Virus record (IMG/VR): IMGVR_UViG_3300033141_002732
DNA from: a virus
Lineage: Duplodnaviria > Heunggongvirae > Uroviricota > Caudoviricetes
Length of the DNA stretch: 57,864 nucleotides
Reading direction: 5' to 3' (one strand)
How positions within the stretch are numbered: the first letter of the stretch is position 1; each line of letters opens with the position of its first letter. Shown one piece after another: positions 1 through 9,134 of the stretch. The notes below the pieces were generated by a model. The model did no database searches. It saw only the letters and a program-made list of their open reading frames with translations, and was not told the DNA's origin. Both the position numbers and the translations under genes were made by a program.

Positions 1-740
1 CTTTGCCATTGATGCCAGTGACTAAAAAACCATTGTTTTGGTTTATATTTCTTTAATACATATGATAATGCATCTCTGGATGGATCTATGTAAGGATCAT
101 TTGATCCAAATAGAAAAATTTTAAATTCATAGGGACAAGTGTGAGATATAACTATATCAACTTTTTCTTCTGGTAAATTATTAACATCTTCTTTTGTTAT
201 AATTTCTTCTGGCCACCAATCTAATCCATTGGTTCTTAAATTTTTGTCAATAGAATCAGCACCTCCCATAAATAAGATATTTTTATTATTAATATTTAAT
301 ATTGATCCTCTTTTCATATAAAATACATTTTTCATAATCTCATTGTTTTCTAAATTTCTTAAAGACTGATGGTTATCATGATTTCCATCACAAAAATATA
401 TTTTTGTATCTCCATTTTCTAATCCATATTGATCCCATCCATTATACTGGAGATTTGGAAACCACCCAAAATCTCCACATTGAAGTATAATATCTGCTTC
501 TGTATATTTTATAAAATTATTTAGATTTTCCCATTGACCATGTATATCTCCACAAACAGCGATTGTTTTTTGGTTTTCAAGTATGTCATCTGGAATCATT
601 TTTTCTCTCTTTCTATTATAGTCTTTTTTTGATTTATGTATCTTATGTGGTGGTATTAATGTTCCCCTTGGTTTTTGAGACTTGATATCTTTAGATTTTT
701 TCGACATGATAGAAATTTCTCTTTTTATTTTTTTGTTCAT
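1..740 (-). CDS. Calcineurin-like metallophosphoesterase, partial (runs off the left edge; alternative start 599)
   Basis: Not in the ORF track. My translation from ATG 740 gives GDIHG, CGDFG, DGNHD, GGADSIDK, DWWPEE and VISHTCP motifs. Confidence 0.85.
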   Translation of the reverse strand, partial: MNKKIKREISIMSKKSKDIKSQKPRGTLIPPHKIHKSKKDYNRKREKMIPDDILENQKTIAVCGDIHGQWENLNNFIKYTEADIILQCGDFGWFPNLQYNGWDQYGLENGDTKIYFCDGNHDNHQSLRNLENNEIMKNVFYMKRGSILNINNKNILFMGGADSIDKNLRTNGLDWWPEEIITKEDVNNLPEEKVDIVISHTCPYEFKIFLFGSNDPYIDPSRDALSYVLKKYKPKQWFFSHWHQWQ

Positions 741-757
741 TAATTAATATATATAAG
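737..757 (-). promoter_or_regulatory. Class A promoter-like motif CTTATATATATTAATTAATGA
   Basis: Identical 21-mer at 2788-2808; 20/21 match on the + strand at 5910-5930 upstream of tRNA-Trp. Confidence 0.7.
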
Positions 758-798
758 AATTAGATATTTTATTTAATAGAAACTGTATATTATTTTAA

Positions 799-813
799 AG
801 AACAAAAATAAAA
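799..813 (+). promoter_or_regulatory. Class B promoter-like motif AGAACAAA-(A/T-rich)-ATAAA
   Basis: The AGAACAAA core recurs just upstream of about 12 + strand operons (799, 2873, 17027 as TGAACAAA, 20724, 25421, 29717, 34545, 39827, 43666, 45299, 53652, 55089). Confidence 0.7.
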
Positions 814-829
814 AAGAGGATAAATACAA

Positions 830-1870
830 TTGAATAAAAAAACTTTTTATTTATTTAGAACTAATTTGAGAAATTTAGAATATTATCATGAATACAATAA
901 TTTACAAGCATTTAAAAATAAATGTCATGATTTCTATTTATTACAATTAATATGGTTTTTAGAAAATAATTATATAGATAAAGCAGTTGTATGGAGATTA
1001 CAACCAAACAATAAGAAGATGGTTGATATTATATTTGATATTAATGGAAAGCAATTTATCCAAAAATTTGTAGATAATTTTTCTGAATGTTTTAAATATG
1101 AGAAACCATATATTACTTTTTGGAGAGGTGGTTTTAAAGAATATGATTATTTAACTAAATCTAATCCAAAATTTTTTGGGTCTCGTAGTTTATATCTGGG
1201 AGCAAGTAAAAGAATAACTCCTCAATTTGGTGGAATATATAGTAAGATCTTAGTTGAAAGTAATGATTTAATTAGAAATAATACTTTTCCATTTTTTAAA
1301 ACTGCTAATGAAAATATATTTTTTCCAATGAATATAGAAAAAGAATATGATATTTGTTGGCCAAATAATTTTACACAACTTAGATATAAAGGACAAGAAT
1401 TTTTTATTAAAGAAATTTCGAATTCTAAATATTTGAAAAGTTTATCAATAATACATACCGGAAATAAACCAGAAATTGGAAAAAGTTTATGTAAAAAATA
1501 TAATGTTAATAATATTCAATTTGTTGGTTGGTTAGATAGAAATGATTTAAATACAGTTCTTAATCAATCTAAAATTGGATTAGTTACTAGTAATTTAAAT
1601 GATGGTTGTCCTAGAATTAGTACAGAAATTATGATGTCTGGTACATTATTGCTTTTGAGAGAAAAAACGAGATTATTAAATTATTATAAAAAATATGGAG
1701 TTGTTATATTCAAAGATAATAATGTAGAATCTAAAATAAGAAATTCTTTAAAAAATTATTCTCTTTTTCATAAAGATATTATTGAAAAGAATGTTAATTT
1801 AAATTTAACAATGGAAAATGTTTGCAAAAAAAATTTTAGAATTTGGTTGAGGAATAAACACAACCCGTGA
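830..1870 (+). CDS. Putative GT-B (GT4-like) glycosyltransferase
   Basis: C-terminal FVGWLDRNDLNTVLNQSKIGL..DGCPRISTEIMMSG resembles the GT4 nucleotide-sugar-binding motif. Confidence 0.55.
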   Translation: MNKKTFYLFRTNLRNLEYYHEYNNLQAFKNKCHDFYLLQLIWFLENNYIDKAVVWRLQPNNKKMVDIIFDINGKQFIQKFVDNFSECFKYEKPYITFWRGGFKEYDYLTKSNPKFFGSRSLYLGASKRITPQFGGIYSKILVESNDLIRNNTFPFFKTANENIFFPMNIEKEYDICWPNNFTQLRYKGQEFFIKEISNSKYLKSLSIIHTGNKPEIGKSLCKKYNVNNIQFVGWLDRNDLNTVLNQSKIGLVTSNLNDGCPRISTEIMMSGTLLLLREKTRLLNYYKKYGVVIFKDNNVESKIRNSLKNYSLFHKDIIEKNVNLNLTMENVCKKNFRIWLRNKHNP

Positions 1871-1896
1871 ATGAATAATAGATAAGACACGGGTTG
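1861..1896. terminator. Hairpin between convergent genes (CAACCCGTG/CACGGGTTG)
   Basis: 9-bp perfect inverted repeat at 1861-1869 and 1888-1896. Confidence 0.55.
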
Positions 1897-1914
1897 TGTT
1901 TGTAATTTTTTCTC

Positions 1915-2247
1915 TTATGTAGAAACGGTAACCTCTTGTGGCGCCTGGATTTTCTCTGATTGTTTGGATACAATTTCGGGTTTGTCTACATGTTTTCTCT
2001 TTTCTCCAATTCGACTATAAGTTGTTTTAGCTATACATAATGCTATAGCGATGAAAATACAGGACCAGAGAGCTAATAGTCCATCAGTTGACAGGCCGTC
2101 CGATTTCGAAGACATTGTTGCGGTAACTTTTTTCTCTCCTAAACCGAGGAAAGTTGAGTTTGTGGAGATATTCACGGATGTTAGTGAAATTGCAATAACT
2201 GTGAAGATGACCGTTAGAATTATAAACCAACCAAACATTGTTTTCAT
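1915..2247 (-). CDS. Hypothetical membrane protein (two hydrophobic segments)
   Basis: ORF track; GGAGG SD upstream; visibly more G/C-rich than its neighbours. Confidence 0.6.
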   Translation of the reverse strand: MKTMFGWFIILTVIFTVIAISLTSVNISTNSTFLGLGEKKVTATMSSKSDGLSTDGLLALWSCIFIAIALCIAKTTYSRIGEKRKHVDKPEIVSKQSEKIQAPQEVTVST

Positions 2248-2386
2248 TTTAAAATCCTCCTTTTCTTTTTTTTTATTGGAAATTTTTGAGTATCATCTTT
2301 CTTAATTTTTCTGGAAGAAGAGTCCATATCCACCATTGAATTGTTACCTATACGGCCAACACAAATAGTGTTTGTAATAACATTTG

Positions 2387-2605
2387 TTACTCCTTTCTAT
2401 TTTCATCTGTATTTGGTTTTTTCTCTTTTTCGAATAGGATTCCTACAATGAAACCAAGTCCGAACACTACCCCCGAGTACAATCCAAAAGGTAGTGTAAC
2501 AACTAGAATTGATGCCCCAGCAATAATACCACAAACCAATGGCTTCTCCAGTATTGTGTCTTTTGTTTCTTGATACATTTTTGTAATCAATTCCTTTGTT
2601 GTCAT
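2387..2605 (-). CDS. Small hypothetical membrane protein
   Basis: ORF track; GGAGG SD; long Gly/hydrophobic stretch. Confidence 0.6.
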   Translation of the reverse strand: MTTKELITKMYQETKDTILEKPLVCGIIAGASILVVTLPFGLYSGVVFGLGFIVGILFEKEKKPNTDENRKE

Positions 2606-2787
2606 TTCTTTCCTCCTTTTTTTATTATTTATATTTTATCTGTTTCTTCTATTTCTATATTTTCCTTTATAAATAATAATTCAATTAATTTAAAACTTTT
2701 TACTAATATAAATGATAACATAATAATTATCATTCCACATAATAATTCTAAAAGTTTCAAATAATACCTCCAAGCCATTTTTCTTTA

Positions 2788-2808
2788 TCATTAATTAATA
2801 TATATAAG
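2788..2808 (-). promoter_or_regulatory. Class A promoter-like motif
   Basis: Exact copy of 737-757. Confidence 0.7.
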
Positions 2809-2899
2809 TTTGGAAGATTAAAATGATTTTTGTAACATAATATAAATATTTGAGAATATATTTAAATATAAAAGAACAAAAAATAAAGAAAGGAGTTTT

Positions 2900-3466
2900 A
2901 TGTTTATGGATAAAGAAGAAATACTTATTCTTTTTAGTGGTGGTGCAGACAGTGTTTTGATGTTAGAATTGGCATTAGAAATTGGGATAATACCTTTTTG
3001 TCTTTTAATAGATTATGGACAATTACATAAAGAAGAATTAAAATTTGCTAAAAAGTTTTTAATTAACAGAGATATTAAATTTCATCAAGTTACAATTTTT
3101 GATTATAATGTTGTTAGCGGATTAACTGGAACTGGAGAAAAAGGAGTTTATGAAGGAGTTTCCATTTATAATGTGCCTGCTAGAAATACAATTTTTCTTT
3201 CATTAGCAGCTGGTATGTCAGAGTCTAGAAATATAAACAAAATATGGATTGGGTCTGATATGAGTGATTTTTATGAGGAATTTCCAGATTGTAAACAAGA
3301 GTATATTGGAAAAGTTAATAATTTATTTTCTATGGCTTTTTCATATCCAATTTCAGTTGAAGCGCCTCTTTTAGGATTTACAAAAGAAATGATTTTAAAA
3401 ATATTGAAAATAAAATATGGTTTGGATGAAGGAGATTTTTATTCTGGTTATGGAGAATTTACATAA
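2900..3466 (+). CDS. queC: QueC-like 7-cyano-7-deazaguanine synthase, C-terminally short
   Basis: LFSGGADS PP-loop, IDYGQ, VPARNTIFLSLA, PDC and VEAPL motifs. The C-terminal Zn-binding Cys cluster is missing. Confidence 0.85.
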   Translation: MFMDKEEILILFSGGADSVLMLELALEIGIIPFCLLIDYGQLHKEELKFAKKFLINRDIKFHQVTIFDYNVVSGLTGTGEKGVYEGVSIYNVPARNTIFLSLAAGMSESRNINKIWIGSDMSDFYEEFPDCKQEYIGKVNNLFSMAFSYPISVEAPLLGFTKEMILKILKIKYGLDEGDFYSGYGEFT

Positions 3467-3698
3467 AATAAAACAATTGGAATTTCCATTTATGGAAGAT
3501 CCAGAATGGAAAATTTATACTAAATGTAAATGGGAAGTTGGAAATGTTGAATGGAATCCAGATGAAGGAAAATGGTTTATTAGAACTAAATGTATAAATT
3601 GTGGTAGAAAAATGTTTTTTGAGTTTGGTAGTCTTAAAACAAAAAAAGATGATAAGTTGAAGAATATTCTTAAAGAAATAACTAAAGGATTTTGTTAA
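3417..3698 (+). CDS. Hypothetical protein with CxxC (true start may be internal)
   Basis: ORF track; overlaps the end of queC. Confidence 0.4.
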   Translation: MVWMKEIFILVMENLHKIKQLEFPFMEDPEWKIYTKCKWEVGNVEWNPDEGKWFIRTKCINCGRKMFFEFGSLKTKKDDKLKNILKEITKGFC

Positions 3699-3729
3699 TT
3701 AAATTACATAGAAGGAGAATATATAAAAA

Positions 3730-4275
3730 ATGATTAGTGTTTGTAGAAGAGATGAAAATTTTCTAGATCAATGTAAACTTGTTGCAAAAAATAGTAAATG
3801 TTTATCGAGACAAATTGGTTCTATATTAGTTCGAGATAAATCAATTATAAGCACAGGTTATAATGGACCTCCAAGAGATTTTCCACATTGTAATGAAAGA
3901 TATTTAATTGATCCAGAATTGAGAAAAGCTTTAAAGAAAATAAATAAAGATCCAGATGATCCAAGATATCATAATATATGTCCTCGATATGTTTTAGGTT
4001 ATAAATCTGGACAAGGTTTAGAATGGTGTGTTGCTGCCCACTCTGAGAAAAATGCAATTGTCAATGCTGCAAGAGAAGGAATTTGTACTAAAGGATCAAC
4101 TCTTTATATGACCTGTTCCGTTCCTTGTTCTCAATGTCTCGTCTCTATAATAAATGCTGGAATTACAGAAATTGTAGTAACTAGTAAATCTTTCTATGAT
4201 TTATCTGCTCAATATTTAATAAAAAATAGTAATTTAATTTGTAGAGAATTTCATATAACTACTAATTTTGAATAG
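3730..4275 (+). CDS. dCMP deaminase
   Basis: STGYNGPP, HSEKNAI and PCSQC zinc-deaminase motifs. Confidence 0.9.
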   Translation: MISVCRRDENFLDQCKLVAKNSKCLSRQIGSILVRDKSIISTGYNGPPRDFPHCNERYLIDPELRKALKKINKDPDDPRYHNICPRYVLGYKSGQGLEWCVAAHSEKNAIVNAAREGICTKGSTLYMTCSVPCSQCLVSIINAGITEIVVTSKSFYDLSAQYLIKNSNLICREFHITTNFE

Positions 4276-5026
4276 AAATTTAATAAACAGAGGAAATATT
4301 ATGAATGCTATGAATAAATCAGAAATAAAATCGAAATTAATTTCTAGAGGAACTTTAGAAATTAAGGATAAAGAAAACGCAGTTTTAAGTGAATTACCAT
4401 TTTCTTTAGATGGAGAAAATATATTATATATTATAAAATTATCTGTAAACGAGAGAATTACACATAATGATATATCAGATATATCTGGAATCCCTTCAAC
4501 TAGAGTTAGAAAAATAATGAATAATTTTTTTCAAAATGAAAAAATTTCTGATTATATTTTACGAGAAAAATCTGGACATAAATTTTTTTATTTTCCAACT
4601 CATAATTTCATTTGTGATAATGACAATAATATTCCTTCTATTTATAATACTTTAAGAGTTCCTAAAAAGTTTTTAAAGAAGAATAATAATAGTAAACCAA
4701 AACTTTTTGAGAATCTTGTTAAATATATGGTAGAGAATAAATTTGTTTGTTGTCAAGATGCTGTTAAAAAATTGGGAATGACAGAAAAACAATTTAGAGG
4801 ACAACTTTCCTTGATGAAAGTGACACCTATTAAATTTTGTTTAAAAGATAGAATTTTTAATGATACTAAATATTATTATTTTTCTCTTAATTATGACTTT
4901 ATACTAAGATTAGGTAGGACTTTTTATCCAGAGTATCATAAAAATAGAGAAAAAATAAATACTTCTCTTGTTGATATCAATAATCTTATGAAGAGTGGAA
5001 AGCTTTGTTTAATATTTCAACAATAA
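4268..5026 (+). CDS. Hypothetical protein with probable HTH domain(s)
   Basis: ITHNDISDISGIPSTRVRKIM is HTH-like. Confidence 0.45.
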   Translation: MNRNLINRGNIMNAMNKSEIKSKLISRGTLEIKDKENAVLSELPFSLDGENILYIIKLSVNERITHNDISDISGIPSTRVRKIMNNFFQNEKISDYILREKSGHKFFYFPTHNFICDNDNNIPSIYNTLRVPKKFLKKNNNSKPKLFENLVKYMVENKFVCCQDAVKKLGMTEKQFRGQLSLMKVTPIKFCLKDRIFNDTKYYYFSLNYDFILRLGRTFYPEYHKNREKINTSLVDINNLMKSGKLCLIFQQ

Positions 5027-5045
5027 ATTTAAATGGAGAACTAAT

Positions 5046-5414
5046 ATGGAAAAAGAGAAATTTAAAAATCAAGATCCAGGAGATGATGAAAACAAAGGAA
5101 CAAAATTTGATTTAGGAAAAAACAGATATGATTTGCTTCCTGGATATCCATTAGATGAACTTGTAAAAGTATATGCATATGGTACAAAAAAATATAATGA
5201 TCATAATTGGCGAAAAGGAATAAAATGGGGAAGACTTTTTGCAGCTATGCAAAGACATGCTTGGGCGTTTTGGAGAGGGGAGGATGTTGATGAAGAAAGT
5301 GGATGTTTACATTTAGCAATGGCTGCATGGCAATGTTTAGCACTAATTGAATATTCTAAATTATGTCCAGAATTTGATGATAGAGTAAAAGATCTTGGAA
5401 ATGATAATATTTAA
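5046..5414 (+). CDS. dATP/dGTP diphosphohydrolase (DUF5664-type)
   Basis: KFDLGKNRYDLLP, YGTKKY..HNWRKG, RH...GEDVDEESG..HLA motifs. Confidence 0.85.
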   Translation: MEKEKFKNQDPGDDENKGTKFDLGKNRYDLLPGYPLDELVKVYAYGTKKYNDHNWRKGIKWGRLFAAMQRHAWAFWRGEDVDEESGCLHLAMAAWQCLALIEYSKLCPEFDDRVKDLGNDNI

Positions 5415-5469
5415 ATATTTGGTCCAAATAACTTATAAGAAAAAAAAGTGATGAAGAAAAGGAGAAGTA

Positions 5470-5889
5470 ATGAAAAAAGCACCGAAACATAATTCTACTC
5501 GATTGTTAGATAAAAATTATTCACCATTAATAGTCAGAAAATATCAAGCTTTTGGTTGGCCACTTTTTGTTTCTATTATTTGTGATGAATCGCTATCTGA
5601 TTTAGATCAAGTTGTATGGGAACATATTGATTTTTTGTTACAAGACCCAAATATGGCAGAAGATTGTAAATTGAAAGATGATATTCAAGTTCAGCGAAAT
5701 TTTTGTGGATCTTTAAGTGATCATTTAGTTTCTATATATGATTCAAAAAAGAAAGGATGTGTAGAAGGAGTTGCTGTATTAGCTTATTGGGATAAATGTT
5801 TTTGTAGTTCACTTTATGGTGATTTTATGGTCCACGCAAGTTGTAAACAGGAGTTATTCTCTATTATTCAAACTCTTCCACATATTTAG
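5470..5889 (+). CDS. Hypothetical protein
   Basis: ORF track; GGAG SD. Confidence 0.5.
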   Translation: MKKAPKHNSTRLLDKNYSPLIVRKYQAFGWPLFVSIICDESLSDLDQVVWEHIDFLLQDPNMAEDCKLKDDIQVQRNFCGSLSDHLVSIYDSKKKGCVEGVAVLAYWDKCFCSSLYGDFMVHASCKQELFSIIQTLPHI

Positions 5890-5909
5890 ATTATTTAATA
5901 ATTTAAAAT

Positions 5910-5930
5910 CTTATATATATTAATAAATGA
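5910..5930 (+). promoter_or_regulatory. Class A promoter-like motif upstream of tRNA-Trp
   Basis: CTTATATATATTAATAAATGA, ending 18 nt before the tRNA. Confidence 0.65.
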
Positions 5931-5948
5931 AGAATAGATTTAAGTAAT

Positions 5949-6022
5949 GGGTCGATCGGTTAGTTGGCTAAACCACTGGTCTCCAAAACCAGTTACCCTG
6001 GGTTCGAATCCTAGTCGACCCG
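5949..6022 (+). tRNA. trnW: tRNA-Trp (CCA)
   Basis: GGGTCGA/TCGACCC acceptor stem, CTGGT-CTCCAAA-ACCAG anticodon arm, TTCGAAT T-loop, G73. 3' CCA not encoded. Confidence 0.93.
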
Positions 6023-6056
6023 CATTTAGTACATAATAAATAATATAGAGGAAATT

Positions 6057-6353
6057 ATGAACAAAACTGAAAAAGAAATGCATAAAAATCTAGTTACTAT
6101 ATTAACCGGAGCTTTACAATATTTATTAATGAATAATGAAGGTGTTGTAGTGGAAGCAGATAATATATTATATATTGTTTGTAAAAAAAATGATAGAATA
6201 ACAATTTTGCCAGCATCTCATTGTACTCAAAAAACAGGTAATGATGATATTCTTATGAAGGTGAAGGCGAAGGATCCAAGTTTATATCATATGTTGATTA
6301 AAAAATCTCAGGAGTTAAAAAGTTGGTACAAAAGTATATGTACATCCAACTGA
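6057..6353 (+). CDS. Hypothetical protein
   Basis: ORF track; GAGG SD. Confidence 0.5.
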   Translation: MNKTEKEMHKNLVTILTGALQYLLMNNEGVVVEADNILYIVCKKNDRITILPASHCTQKTGNDDILMKVKAKDPSLYHMLIKKSQELKSWYKSICTSN

Positions 6354-6415
6354 TGAAAAAAAACAAAATATTAAATTTTTAGATAATTACAAATAATTTA
6401 ATATATGGAGAAAAA

Positions 6416-6673
6416 ATGGAAGAAAAAGAAGGATCATTAAAGATTTGGTGGATTCCTCAAGTTCCTATGAAGCCATTTTTTGTAGAAGTAGAATCATTAC
6501 AAGAAGCAAAAAAAATTTTAAAAATTCTCGCTGAATATGATTTGTTTCAATATAAACATAGAGTGAAACCAGATTATTGTAATGTAGGTGGTTTAAGCAT
6601 TTTTAAAGATGGTGAATGGGTTGAATGGTGTGATGAAGAAACTGGTGATAATATTGACAATTATAAAATATAG
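6416..6673 (+). CDS. P22 gp17-like (superinfection-exclusion gene 17 family) protein
   Basis: WWIPQVPMKPFFVEV..LAEYDLFQY..KPDYCNVGGL matches the family signature as I recall it. Confidence 0.7.
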   Translation: MEEKEGSLKIWWIPQVPMKPFFVEVESLQEAKKILKILAEYDLFQYKHRVKPDYCNVGGLSIFKDGEWVEWCDEETGDNIDNYKI

Positions 6674-6688
6674 GAGATTAATATTTTT

Positions 6689-7063
6689 ATGAAACAAGAA
6701 TTAGAATTACAATTAGTTAAAAAATATCCAAAATTATTTCAAGATTATCATGGAGATATGAGACAAACATGTATGGCTTGGGGTTGTGAACATGGTGATG
6801 GATGGTATAATCTTTTAGATAAACTTTGTGAAAAATTATCAAAATTTGATGAAATTACTTTTGCACAAATTAAAGAGAAATTTGGTCTTCTTAGCGTTTA
6901 TGTACATGGTTGTACAGAAGAAAATTTTGATGAAGTTCATAACATCATTGAAGAAATAGAATTAGAATCAGAGAAAGTATGTGAAAATTGTGGTCAACCT
7001 GGAGAATTAAGAAAAGGTTCTTGGTTATATACTTTATGTGATAAATGTTTTGAAAAGAAATGA
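6689..7063 (+). CDS. Conserved phage hypothetical protein (QIKEKFG family, C-terminal Zn ribbon)
   Basis: GDGWY, QIKEKFG, CENCG and TLCDKC motifs. Confidence 0.65.
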   Translation: MKQELELQLVKKYPKLFQDYHGDMRQTCMAWGCEHGDGWYNLLDKLCEKLSKFDEITFAQIKEKFGLLSVYVHGCTEENFDEVHNIIEEIELESEKVCENCGQPGELRKGSWLYTLCDKCFEKK

Positions 7064-7115
7064 TAGAAGTTAAAGATTAGAAAATAACAATTTAATTTTA
7101 GAAAGGAATGTTATA

Positions 7116-7409
7116 ATGACTGAAAGTATATGTGAAGAATGCGAAAAAATAGATTCTTGTAATCCAGAAGAAGATGATTGTGAGAAGATTATGCTTGATC
7201 CAAGTAATCTTTTTGAATCGATTCGAGTAAAAGGAGTATGTCCAGATTGTTCAGGAACAGATTTTATACATTATCCAAAAAGTGAAGAAGGCGGTTTTGA
7301 TAATCGAATTCAATGTTCTAATTGTAAATCTATATTTGAGATGTGGGGTCGTTGGAATTATACAAGATATGGGGAACAATTTTATAGATATTATTCTTTT
7401 CGGTTTTGA
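7116..7409 (+). CDS. Cys-rich hypothetical protein
   Basis: Three CxxC pairs. Confidence 0.5.
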   Translation: MTESICEECEKIDSCNPEEDDCEKIMLDPSNLFESIRVKGVCPDCSGTDFIHYPKSEEGGFDNRIQCSNCKSIFEMWGRWNYTRYGEQFYRYYSFRF

Positions 7410-7468
7410 TAAATTTATATAATTGATTATATAAGTTACATAAAGTTATTTCAAGAAGGGAGGAATGC

Positions 7469-7657
7469 GTGGAGAAAATAGAAAAACATATTGAAAAATG
7501 CAAAAAGCAATTGATTCATAATGGTGGTTTTTGTATTCGTTGTAAAACGAATAAAGCTGAAATTCATAATCCAAATTCAATTAGTAATTTTCATTGTAAA
7601 ATATGTAATTCTGAAACACAACAAATTCTTGAAATACTTAATAAAAAGATAATTTAA
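7469..7657 (+). CDS. Small CxxC hypothetical protein
   Basis: GGAGG SD before a GTG start; two CxxC pairs. Confidence 0.5.
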   Translation: MEKIEKHIEKCKKQLIHNGGFCIRCKTNKAEIHNPNSISNFHCKICNSETQQILEILNKKII

Positions 7658-7796
7658 AAATATTTTTATGTTTTCGTAAACAATAAAAAATGGTAGTTAG
7701 CTTTTCTGTTTAGGGAGTTTGTTAATCTCCCAACCTACCAAATTTTCTTGTTTTTAAATAATAATTTTATAATTATAAGTTAGAAGGAAATAAATT

Positions 7797-8446
7797 ATGA
7801 TAATAAGATCACAAAAAGAGTTAGTTAAGGCAATTGAAAAAGGTAATAATGTTTTTGAAATAGTTGGCTTTATTGCAGAACTTTGGGGAAACTCCCATGC
7901 AGTGCTTTGGGAAACTCCCATGCAGTGCTTAAGGGAAACTCCCATGCAGAACTTTGGGGAAACTCCCATGCAGTGCTTAGGGATTTTTCGTGTGCTCATA
8001 AGCTATCTGATAGATCAAAAATAAAAGGAGATCCGAAATATATTTTTGCACCTAAGTATCCATCAGATATAAAGGGATGGGGCAAATTAAAAGGAATAAA
8101 AATTAAAAACAACCGGATTCAATTATGGAAAATAGTTAAAAAAGATGGAACTGATTTTTATAGTGGATCAATAAATTATGATACAAATAAAGAGATAATT
8201 GATCCAAATTGGAATGATAATTTTAATGGTGAATGTGGTCATGGGTTGCATTTAGCGGATAGCCCATCAGGAGCAAGATTTTTCTATAATTACAGACACT
8301 TAGAAGAAGCAAGACTATTTAAAGTATCTGACAATATTGATGATTGTAAATGTTTTGGGGGATTATCTAAATACCCCATGAAGATAAGAGCAAGGGCATG
8401 CAGAAAAGTTAAAGAGTATTCTATTGATTATATTGAGGAGATATAA
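7797..8446 (+). pseudogene. Repeat-containing phage protein (A-E/V-L-W/K/R-G-N-S-H repeats plus a conserved C-terminal ECGHGLH domain), split by a 1-nt deletion
   Basis: ORFs 7797-8024 and 7883-8446 join if repeat unit 2 (23 nt) regains one G; the span is 650 nt, one short of 217 codons. Confidence 0.75.
7875..7993 (+). repeat. Coding tandem repeat, 24-nt unit GCAG(AA/TG)CTT(TG/AA)GGGAAACTCCCAT, four units plus a degenerate fifth
   Basis: Units start at 7875, 7899 (23 nt), 7922, 7946 and 7970. Confidence 0.9.
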
Positions 8447-8828
8447 AAAAATGAAAAAATCAGAAAATGTTAAATTAAATGATGGTTTTAAACAAGTTTG
8501 TGTATGGCCAGGAACTATTGTGGTTCAAGATGAAAATAAAAAACAAGAATATATAGATAATTTTGTAAAATCAATGGAAGAATATTTTAAAGTGAAAGTT
8601 CAATATTTAGAAGAAATTAAAACTAGACCAGATATTCAAGATGAAATTTCTGTAGATAATACAGGTGAAAGAAATGATTTGTTTTTTGCAATACATAATG
8701 ATGATATAAACAAGTTTGCTATTCCAAGATTAAAAGCTGGAATTAGATGGATAGAAGATGTCTTATCTAAAGAAAATTATAATTCTCCAATCTATCCAAG
8801 TAGAGTATTTAAATATAAATGTTGGTAG
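8424..8828 (+). CDS. Conserved hypothetical protein (probable start 8451)
   Basis: ORF track; GAGGAG SD before ATG 8451. Confidence 0.6.
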   Translation: MIILRRYKKMKKSENVKLNDGFKQVCVWPGTIVVQDENKKQEYIDNFVKSMEEYFKVKVQYLEEIKTRPDIQDEISVDNTGERNDLFFAIHNDDINKFAIPRLKAGIRWIEDVLSKENYNSPIYPSRVFKYKCW

Positions 8829-8844
8829 TATAATAAAATAAAAC

Positions 8845-8927
8845 GCCCAGGTGGTGGAACTGGTATACACGAGGGACTTAAAATCCCTTGACGAAAAGTC
8901 ATGTGGGTTCAAATCCCACTCTGGGCA
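8845..8927 (+). tRNA. trnL: tRNA-Leu (TAA)
   Basis: GCCCAGG/TCTGGGC acceptor stem, AGGGA-CTTAAAA-TCCCT anticodon arm, long variable arm, A73. Confidence 0.93.
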
Positions 8928-8957
8928 CTTTTTAATTTTAAATAGGAGAAAAACATA

Positions 8958-9134
8958 GTGATTAATTTTATTTTAGATATATTTTGTATATTATTATTTT
9001 CTTTTATATTCTTTCTTTCGCAATCTTTATTTTGTATTAGTATCGGAATTTTATTTATTATTGATTTCTTTATTGAATCAATAATTAACTTTTATAATGG
9101 AGTTATAAAATGGAATACATTTATATATATTTAA
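8958..9134 (+). CDS. Small hydrophobic protein (58 aa, GTG start)
   Basis: Below the ORF-track cutoff; AGGAG SD; almost entirely hydrophobic. Confidence 0.45.
   Translation: MINFILDIFCILLFSFIFFLSQSLFCISIGILFIIDFFIESIINFYNGVIKWNTFIYI

Noticed and set aside
5046-5414. 2-aminoadenine (Z-genome) pathway
   Set aside because: The diphosphohydrolase is present, but no PurZ is in the window. The co-occurring genes point to deazaguanine modification.
7875-7993. CRISPR array or DGR variable/template repeat
   Set aside because: The units are contiguous with no spacers and encode an in-frame octapeptide. No second copy or reverse transcriptase is seen in the window.
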